Shown here piece after piece: positions 57,619 through 64,000 of a DNA stretch of 64,000 nucleotides. Source of the DNA: a virus; IMG/VR virus record IMGVR_UViG_3300006033_000024, positions 6,159 through 70,158 of that record; one strand, given 5' to 3'. The position numbers and the translations under genes are program-made. The notes under the pieces are model-generated. The model saw only the letters and a list, made by a program, of their open reading frames with translations, did no database searches and was not told the DNA's origin. Each line of letters begins with the position of its first letter. The first letter of the stretch is position 1.

Positions 57619-58296
57619 CTAATCGTCAAGCGTATACTTGATCTGTCCTAATACTTTTCCAAAGTGATTTTTATAGATAAACACATCAATGCGTTGATAT
57701 TGTTCGCCATTGATACGATACATCGCTGCGCCACATAGATCTAAGAACACGCCACGGTAGGACTTACCTTGGTAGATAATCGTAACCTCGTCATAGAAGT
57801 CGAACGAAACCCAACCCAACGGAAGAACATTCCAACGCCGACAAATACCGGTGGTTCTGCGTAGACAGTAATTCATCGCACCCGCCAATACCACTTTGCC
57901 CTTGTAGGTGTACCACCCAATTTCATTGACTTCAAACTGCGATACATTTTTGCCGGATGCCGTAACTGATCCAGAACTGCCATCGCCGATATAATAATTC
58001 GTTAGGTAGACAGTTTTCGTTATGCTGCGTGACGCAATATATGCCTCGTGTTCCAATCGCAATCGTTCTTGTTCAGCTTCGTATACCAAACGATCCAATC
58101 GTTTTTGTTCCAGCTTGGATAACACCTCGGCTTGGCTTACACGCCACGAATCAAAACCAATTAAACCCGGCGGCGCAAGTTCGCGGAACACCAACTTCTT
58201 TTGTGGAATCGGATTCCCCACTGAAACCATAATCACAAACGCCATTATCAATTGTGCAACCCGGCGCATTAAGCGCTTTGTAGACGTGAATTTCAT
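57619..58296 (-). CDS. Exported protein with a 3D/DPBB-like cell-wall domain
   Basis: N-terminal hydrophobic signal, coiled coil, LTNYY..TASG, LDLCGA..IDVF. Confidence 0.55.
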   Translation of the reverse strand: MKFTSTKRLMRRVAQLIMAFVIMVSVGNPIPQKKLVFRELAPPGLIGFDSWRVSQAEVLSKLEQKRLDRLVYEAEQERLRLEHEAYIASRSITKTVYLTNYYIGDGSSGSVTASGKNVSQFEVNEIGWYTYKGKVVLAGAMNYCLRRTTGICRRWNVLPLGWVSFDFYDEVTIIYQGKSYRGVFLDLCGAAMYRINGEQYQRIDVFIYKNHFGKVLGQIKYTLDD

Positions 58297-58311
58297 CTAA
58301 ATTTCCTCCTA

Positions 58312-58527
58312 TTATTTTTCACCTTCAATCAGTTCAACATCTTCATCTTTCAAGCAAATATCTTCATCGTAATGATCAATCAGAATATAAAGGTGCGCAC
58401 CCAAACGCTTTGCGACCACCCCGGTTTTACCGATATACCAAGATTTTATTACCGGATCCGCAATCCACGCACTATCCGTGCTAATGATTCGCACATGATC
58501 CTTGGGCTTAAATCGTTTCGTTTTCAT
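58312..58527 (-). CDS. Small SH3-like hypothetical protein
   Basis: FKPKDHVRI..IGKTGVV. Confidence 0.5.
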   Translation of the reverse strand: MKTKRFKPKDHVRIISTDSAWIADPVIKSWYIGKTGVVAKRLGAHLYILIDHYDEDICLKDEDVELIEGEK

Positions 58528-58529
58528 AT

Positions 58530-58775
58530 CTAAATCAACATCGAATAATCATACGTCAAATCTTCTTCGATCCGTTTAACCTTTGCAAGCTGCTCCGCCG
58601 TGAACGTACCAAGGATGTATTGATTTCCATTATGATCAATCATTGTATAATCATACACATCTTTTTGCTCTACAGGGAAAGAACTTTCAGACTTTAAGAC
58701 TTTTTTCTTCCCAGAGATAAAACCTGTAATATATCCGAATTTTTTGGTCGAAATAACGATTTCCTTTTTATTCAT
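58530..58775 (-). CDS. Hypothetical protein
   Basis: RBS GAGGAG. Confidence 0.55.
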   Translation of the reverse strand: MNKKEIVISTKKFGYITGFISGKKKVLKSESSFPVEQKDVYDYTMIDHNGNQYILGTFTAEQLAKVKRIEEDLTYDYSMLI

Positions 58776-58784
58776 ATTTTCTCC

Positions 58785-59042
58785 TCACGGCCGGTTCCGG
58801 CGTTGTAAATCCTCTTTGCGTTTATTTTGTTTTGCAATCCAAACTTGATCCTCATTCTGTTGCTTTCGTTGCATAGACAGCTTGTTAATTCGCTCTAAAC
58901 GTTCACGTTCAATCTTGCGTCCGTTCAGCCAATCTTGTTCCTCTTCCAACGTTCGCTTATTCGGCTTAACCTTATCGTTTTCTTTTCGCCCTTCTTCGAC
59001 CAATACCCATAATGCAATCAACAACCACTGAAAGACGAACAT
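58785..59042 (-). CDS. Small membrane-anchored protein
   Basis: RBS AAGGAGGG; N-terminal hydrophobic stretch. Confidence 0.55.
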   Translation of the reverse strand: MFVFQWLLIALWVLVEEGRKENDKVKPNKRTLEEEQDWLNGRKIERERLERINKLSMQRKQQNEDQVWIAKQNKRKEDLQRRNRP

Positions 59043-59058
59043 ACGAACCCTCCTTTTG

Positions 59059-59457
59059 TTATTCTACATAATAGAACGTGGATACAACCTCATCGTCAAC
59101 CATCATCGTAGCCACGGCAATATCGATGATCTTTTCAACGCCATGACGATTCCGGCGCCGGAAACCACCCGTATAAACCACGAAGTCATATTCGGTCTTT
59201 TCGTCTGTCTTAGCGTCTACAAAGGTGTTATGCCAATGCCCGGCTTCGTTTGAAACATCACGCCCACTAAAAACCTTATCGGCCAATTCCGAACGATCCT
59301 CAACACCAAAGTTAAACCACAAATCATCAAACGTATAATCGCAGAATACCACACCGTCCATTTCCACGGCAACTTCGTTAAATTTTTTGGCGTGTCCTAA
59401 CATCAACACTTGCGCCGCCCTTGTCGTATTCTGTTTGAAAAGCGTTAAAGCATCCAT
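59059..59457 (-). CDS. Hypothetical protein
   Basis: TAATG coupling. Confidence 0.55.
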   Translation of the reverse strand: MDALTLFKQNTTRAAQVLMLGHAKKFNEVAVEMDGVVFCDYTFDDLWFNFGVEDRSELADKVFSGRDVSNEAGHWHNTFVDAKTDEKTEYDFVVYTGGFRRRNRHGVEKIIDIAVATMMVDDEVVSTFYYVE

Positions 59458-59729
59458 TATTTTTTATCCCCCATGGTATAAAATCCCCAAACCCCAAAGG
59501 CAACCAAATCAATCACAAACACGATCCCGGCAACCATCGCCATGATGTAATCGCCATTTTGCGCCATCGTTTCCGTAATGATACACCATACGGCAGCCAA
59601 CATATTCGTAGCAATCAATGGCAACAACACGCGTGATACGATCCCCAACAATTTTTCTTCGTTTGTTTTCATAAAACCTCCGGCAGCTTGAAATGTGTTA
59701 GCCAATACAGGATTAACACAACCCCACAA
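59457..59729 (-). CDS. Two-TM membrane protein (real start probably MKTNEE)
   Basis: RBS GGAGG; two hydrophobic helices. Confidence 0.55.
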   Translation of the reverse strand: MWGCVNPVLANTFQAAGGFMKTNEEKLLGIVSRVLLPLIATNMLAAVWCIITETMAQNGDYIMAMVAGIVFVIDLVAFGVWGFYTMGDKK

Positions 59730-59784
59730 AGCGCCAATCCAATCATAAATCCGGTCAACAACAACATCATCATTTCAAGGATCA

Positions 59785-60309
59785 TCATAACACAATCTCA
59801 CTTGTAGCAACTTCAATTAAATCGTCGCTTTTCACTTCTTCACGGCAACCCAAGACCATAGCGTAACCTAACAAGTTATTAATATGAGCGCCGGTACACC
59901 GACCATGGGATACCGTCAACGTATTCGTTCCCATGACATCAATCAGTCGTTTGATCATCTTTGCAGAAAACATACATCCACCGACACGAACAAATTGATT
60001 CTTATCTTTGATCGCCTGTTTCAAGATGTCAACATCGACTACCCAATGACTTGGATTTTCACGTTCAGAACGATCCAACCAATCAGTATACAAATTTTCC
60101 ATTGCCGGATAATTGCCGTCTTGTGGTTCAACGTGTGGTAAATCCGGCAAATCATCATTCAGATAAAACACCATGTACGAATCCGTGATAATCATACGAT
60201 CGTATCCACTGATCTTTTGGATAGCAGCCTTGCGTAAAATCGGACGTGCCGTAGAGATTTTATTCATCCAACTTAATAGCAACTTCGTGCGTTGTTTTGC
60301 GTTACTCAT
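59785..60309 (-). CDS. Hypothetical protein with weak sliding-clamp-like pattern
   Basis: RPIL..TDSY..GNYP resembles one DnaN domain; RBS GAGGA. Confidence 0.5.
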   Translation of the reverse strand: MSNAKQRTKLLLSWMNKISTARPILRKAAIQKISGYDRMIITDSYMVFYLNDDLPDLPHVEPQDGNYPAMENLYTDWLDRSERENPSHWVVDVDILKQAIKDKNQFVRVGGCMFSAKMIKRLIDVMGTNTLTVSHGRCTGAHINNLLGYAMVLGCREEVKSDDLIEVATSEIVL

Positions 60310-60311
60310 AT

Positions 60312-60623
60312 TTAATCCTCGCTTTCTTTTTGTAACCGATAAATCTCTTGACTTAAGAAACGTGCCATAGCATCATATTCGCTTTCAATCGGATCGTTCT
60401 TACGGTCAAACTCTTTGAACAAATCGTAAATGCGAACAGCTTGACACCAAACAACATCTTCCGAATCATCATAGCCTAAATACGCACTGACATTTTGGCA
60501 ATATGTTTTGTGTGATTTGCTATAAGACAAACGCTTAGCATTTTCGATATGATTAGCAATATCCACCGCCATACAATGTACGCCGTAAAAATATTCGGCT
60601 TGATCATATTGTTTTCTATTCAT
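60312..60623 (-). CDS. Hypothetical protein
   Basis: RBS AAGGAGG; promoter upstream. Confidence 0.6.
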   Translation of the reverse strand: MNRKQYDQAEYFYGVHCMAVDIANHIENAKRLSYSKSHKTYCQNVSAYLGYDDSEDVVWCQAVRIYDLFKEFDRKNDPIESEYDAMARFLSQEIYRLQKESED

Positions 60624-60648
60624 GTTATCCTCCTTGTCCTACCCCGGT

Positions 60649-60677
60649 ATTATACCATTTTTAAGGGTTATTTGCAA
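60649..60677 (-). promoter_or_regulatory. SigA-type promoter whose -35 abuts a palindrome site
   Basis: TTGCAA-17 bp-TATAAT, extended -10. Confidence 0.68.
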
Positions 60678-60694
60678 TAAAAACCGTATTTTAT
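60677..60694. repeat. ATAAAA-N6-TTTTAT site (ACCGTA)
   Basis: After a stop codon, abutting a -35 box. Confidence 0.85.
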
Positions 60695-60696
60695 GG

Positions 60697-60921
60697 CTAA
60701 ATTAACTCGACAATATGCTTTTCAATACTCTTAATATCGGACTCAAAATATGTAGTAATACTCCACATACTTCCGATTTCATGGTAGATACGAATTGTAC
60801 CATTTAGCCCACGCATATCAATGAACTCACGATCATAACAGCTAATCGTTTTGCCGTTAAAAAAATGAATCACATACAACGTTGTTGTACCGGGCATTAT
60901 GCCGCCTCCTGCGTTACCCAC
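60697..60921 (-). CDS. Hypothetical protein (real start probably MPGTT)
   Basis: RBS AGGAGG. Confidence 0.5.
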   Translation of the reverse strand: MGNAGGGIMPGTTTLYVIHFFNGKTISCYDREFIDMRGLNGTIRIYHEIGSMWSITTYFESDIKSIEKHIVELI

Positions 60922-61403
60922 GCTTTAACCATGACTTGATTTAACTTGTCATAGAACTGATCCCACTTATCTTCATTATCGCCCCTCGGACGTTTAATCT
61001 TGAACTCACGAGCAACATCTGCAAACGATTGACTTCCGTCCGACTTCGTATCCCAAATATTTTCTCCTGTAAAAAGCGTTGTGAAATGACCGATCCAATC
61101 CATGCCACAATCATAGTCAATGTAATCAAAACACAAAACATGATCATCACTTTCACGAACCTTGGTAAATTCTTCCCACAACAATATACGTTCTTTTAGA
61201 AAATTAAAATTGTTACCTAAATTCCACCGACCGGAAAGATTAAACAATCCGTTTTCATAGAAACCCTCGCCGTCATAAGATAACGCATTGATAGCGCCAC
61301 GCAATCCGGCATACTTCGGATCATCAAAGTTAATCGGCAAACACAAATCTTCATTTTCATCGGTAATAAACACCTTAGCTGTCGCTATACTGATATTTGC
61401 CAT
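60897..61403 (-). CDS. Hypothetical protein
   Basis: RBS AAGGAG; MANIS..GRW pattern. Confidence 0.6.
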   Translation of the reverse strand: MANISIATAKVFITDENEDLCLPINFDDPKYAGLRGAINALSYDGEGFYENGLFNLSGRWNLGNNFNFLKERILLWEEFTKVRESDDHVLCFDYIDYDCGMDWIGHFTTLFTGENIWDTKSDGSQSFADVAREFKIKRPRGDNEDKWDQFYDKLNQVMVKAWVTQEAA

Positions 61404-61438
61404 GTTATTCTCCTTTATCCGGCAACTTTGTGCCCTTT

Positions 61439-61636
61439 TTAGTCCCCTCTATGCAAATCAAGTAGCATTTTATGTAAAACTTTCAACTTCAACATTTCCT
61501 CTTGTAAAACTTTTTGTTGATCTAAACTTGAATGAGCGAATGACATTGTACCCATTTTTTGTCTATGTGCTGCTATATCAACTATAACTGCCTGTAATAG
61601 CGTATATACCATTTCGGCGGATAAATCTAGTTTCAT
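61439..61636 (-). CDS. Hypothetical protein
   Basis: RBS AAGGAGG. Confidence 0.55.
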   Translation of the reverse strand: MKLDLSAEMVYTLLQAVIVDIAAHRQKMGTMSFAHSSLDQQKVLQEEMLKLKVLHKMLLDLHRGD

Positions 61637-61647
61637 ACAATCCTCCT

Positions 61648-62004
61648 TTACACTTGCGTGTCTTTTTCTTCGTCCTTACTTACAACCTCAAACTCATAAA
61701 AATCCTCATCGCAATCAAAACACTGAAAAGCATAACCATCGATCGTACTTGGCGATAATTCTTTGCCACAATGCTTACAGTACACATCTGTGCGTGGGTT
61801 ACAAAAATCTCTTACAAAACCACCCAACGATTGACCATAAAACTTTTCGGGATCGAATATCTTTACATCGCAATCTTTATCATATCCGTTTTGTTCAACG
61901 TACAACCCAACAATATCGTTTTCTTCGTTAAAATATAAAGTCACTGTCTTGACGTGTTTTTCCATATGTTCTCCTTTAGGACGGCTTTTCGTCCTCGACT
62001 TCAA
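61648..62004 (-). CDS. Zn-ribbon protein (real start probably MEKHV)
   Basis: CKHC..CFDC. Confidence 0.6.
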   Translation of the reverse strand: MKSRTKSRPKGEHMEKHVKTVTLYFNEENDIVGLYVEQNGYDKDCDVKIFDPEKFYGQSLGGFVRDFCNPRTDVYCKHCGKELSPSTIDGYAFQCFDCDEDFYEFEVVSKDEEKDTQV

Positions 62005-62251
62005 CCAAACGATTCGTAATCAGATATTCGGCTTTGTAAAATTTGAACTGATCGATCTCAAACAAACTGTAGCCGTTCTTCAACATGAACCTAATCGCAG
62101 CCGCCTTATCCGTAAAAACCATCGGCGTGTTATCCTCACTCAATACGAATGAGGCACGTTTATCATCAATTTTCTTACCAACCAAGCATAACTTGCTTTT
62201 GTCAACACTTGCGCCTTGACCAATAACACCGATATTTCCGATCTTATCCAT
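61976..62251 (-). CDS. Hypothetical protein
   Basis: TAATG coupling. Confidence 0.5.
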   Translation of the reverse strand: MDKIGNIGVIGQGASVDKSKLCLVGKKIDDKRASFVLSEDNTPMVFTDKAAAIRFMLKNGYSLFEIDQFKFYKAEYLITNRLVEVEDEKPS

Positions 62252-62436
62252 TACTTACTCCTCTCCGGCAAAGCTGCCCGCCATGCCGTTAAAATCTCTT
62301 GCGATTCCTTTTGATTTAAACTAAACACGGCACGAACCACGCTTAACATTTGACTAAGCGACAAATCCGCCGCCTCGACCTTATCCAAATATTCAAAGAT
62401 TTCCTTGCGCTTATTGCCACTAATCATTCGAAACAT
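62251..62436 (-). CDS. Hypothetical protein
   Basis: 61-aa ORF. Confidence 0.45.
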   Translation of the reverse strand: MFRMISGNKRKEIFEYLDKVEAADLSLSQMLSVVRAVFSLNQKESQEILTAWRAALPERSK

Positions 62437-62905
62437 CCTCTAAAAATTCATTATCGAAAAATTCTCTAATACATACCGGGATCCACTCTTCGTGTAACAT
62501 ATCATCGGTATGCTCAATGATATAATTATTGTACGCCTTAAGCAAATCAATCAATTCGTTCTTATCTAATTCTTCATAATCAGTAACGATTTTTTCAATA
62601 TAAACTTCTTTCGGTAAATCAAAATCTTGGAAATAAGAACGAACCAACTTCTCTACACTTTCTTCACATTCACAATCGTCCATACCTGTGATGTCAATCA
62701 ATTCAATGTTATAACCGTATCCTCCCATAATCACAACATCATTATCCAACTTGGTTGTAACCTCAAATCTACGCCAACCGTGCATACCATGATATTCATC
62801 ATACTCTACAAAATCAAAACCCAAATCTTTTGCGCTTCGATCCAAAACAATCTTCTTCGCATATTCAACAAACTCGTTGACATTTACCTTGATTTTCTTT
62901 TTCAT
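62420..62905 (-). CDS. Acidic hypothetical protein
   Basis: RBS AAGGAGG. Confidence 0.6.
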   Translation of the reverse strand: MKKKIKVNVNEFVEYAKKIVLDRSAKDLGFDFVEYDEYHGMHGWRRFEVTTKLDNDVVIMGGYGYNIELIDITGMDDCECEESVEKLVRSYFQDFDLPKEVYIEKIVTDYEELDKNELIDLLKAYNNYIIEHTDDMLHEEWIPVCIREFFDNEFLEDVSND

Positions 62906-62908
62906 TAT

Positions 62909-63322
62909 TTAATCCTCCTTGTTGATCGCTTGATCCAACGGTTCAATCCAATCCTCGAAAATAGATGTAATCTGATTGACTAACGGCGCAATTCTTAGAA
63001 CCAAAGTTTTCTCGTCATTATTTAAGTCCATGCCACTAAAAACCCAATTTGCAAAATCATCGCCGCCATTACCGTCAACATGATTATTATTGATCATATC
63101 GCATAGCGCACTTGCTACAATTTCGACCGAACTAAAGGCGAATTGCTTTGTGAACATCAACGTTTGCGATTTTTTCAAAACATCACAATCCCACTCAAGA
63201 TTAGCTGCGACTTCGCAAACTTTTGTTGAATCAACAACGTGATCATTATTCCATATATCGTAACCCATAGCCATTAACATATTTTCCATTTGCGTTTCGT
63301 TCAAACTGATATTGCGTAACAT
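62909..63322 (-). CDS. Hypothetical protein (start MLRNIS)
   Basis: RBS AAGGAGG. Confidence 0.55.
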   Translation of the reverse strand: MLRNISLNETQMENMLMAMGYDIWNNDHVVDSTKVCEVAANLEWDCDVLKKSQTLMFTKQFAFSSVEIVASALCDMINNNHVDGNGGDDFANWVFSGMDLNNDEKTLVLRIAPLVNQITSIFEDWIEPLDQAINKED

Positions 63323-63528
63323 ATTTAATCCTCCTTGTTTTCTTCCGGCAACAATCCGGCTTGATCCAACACTTCCCACATCAACTCGCAACATCTTTCC
63401 TCGGTTTTCGGTATATCCGACAAAACAGCAACAATTCTATTCCCAACCCAAAAACTGATTGTATTATCATGCTCATTGACAGAATAACTAAATTTTTCCA
63501 TATATCCTCCTTGTGTTTGTACTTCCGT

Positions 63529-63557
63529 ATTATACCATAATTCTATTTAGTTTTCAA
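63529..63557 (-). promoter_or_regulatory. SigA-type promoter
   Basis: TTGAAA-17 bp-TATAAT, extended -10. Confidence 0.7.
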
Positions 63558-63577
63558 GAAAATTCGTATCCGATCCG

Positions 63578-63832
63578 TCAATCCATTGTACACCAACGAT
63601 GAACCTTTGCGCCGTTATCACGCAATATCCAGCATACATCATCGAACTTAGTATCCTTGTTAAACTTTGATTTTAGGATTTCCCATTGTTTCTTTGCCCC
63701 ACGTTTGTTCTGAATATAGAACGCCGGTAAATTATACTGATCGTCGTGATCCTCTCCACTAATCGGTAAAGTATCACCTTGTTCAAACCTTACCGACACA
63801 TGAGAATTGCTAAGTTTTTCAATAATTTCCAT
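63578..63832 (-). CDS. Hypothetical protein
   Basis: 84-aa ORF with RBS. Confidence 0.55.
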   Translation of the reverse strand: MEIIEKLSNSHVSVRFEQGDTLPISGEDHDDQYNLPAFYIQNKRGAKKQWEILKSKFNKDTKFDDVCWILRDNGAKVHRWCTMD

Positions 63833-64000
63833 TGTGATCCTACCTCGATTCTTCCTTAATTTTATTCCAATATCTGCGCCGTTTTAATGCTAATTGACGC
63901 ATTTTTTGATAGTCACGATCGCAATAATCACGCCGGGAATTTTCAATATCATCTAAATCTTTCTCAACCTCTTCCAATTTTGCCAAAATATCTTGTTCGG

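Noticed and set aside
18220-63832. Plus-strand ORFs in the minus-strand block, and minus-strand ORFs in 1-18 kb
   Set aside because: They are shadows of longer, motif-bearing, RBS-supported genes on the other strand.
1-64000. Alternative genetic code or host-prophage junction
   Set aside because: Long genes are intact under the standard code with all three stop codons used, and no host gene block or att junction is visible.

Overview
A 64-kb segment of a large tailed dsDNA phage or prophage. A Bacillota host is inferred from consensus TTGACA-17-TATAAT promoters, strong AGGAGG ribosome-binding sites and an M23/SH3 endolysin. Positions 1-18.05 kb (+ strand) hold the end of the tape-measure gene, tail and baseplate genes, at least five receptor-binding or fibre-like genes and an embedded endolysin-holin pair. 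Positions 18.2-64 kb (- strand) hold a sigma factor, a DnaE/primase-helicase/nuclease/SSB/Sak4-like replication module and a XerD-like tyrosine recombinase. They also hold a guanylate kinase-sigma fusion, a nucleotide and DNA modification cluster (dUTPase, C5-MTase, two deoxyribosyltransferase-like proteins, radical SAM, two PAPS-reductase paralogues), MetK, a GHKL ATPase, a second radical SAM, an RNA ligase, a second MTase and many small ORFs. The strongest unexplained signal is a gapped palindrome, ATAAAA-N6-TTTTAT. I found 20 perfect copies, almost all at gene junctions, often followed directly by an RBS, and none in the core replication or proximal tail modules. They divide the accessory genome into cassette-like units, which suggests an integron-like cassette system (inference). 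Other signals include an unannotated 58-aa cassette gene copying a tail-fibre motif, a ~65-bp dispersed element whose core is flipped between copies, a tRNA-like fold and a patchwork of palindromes. All calls come from reading the sequence by eye; no searches were run.
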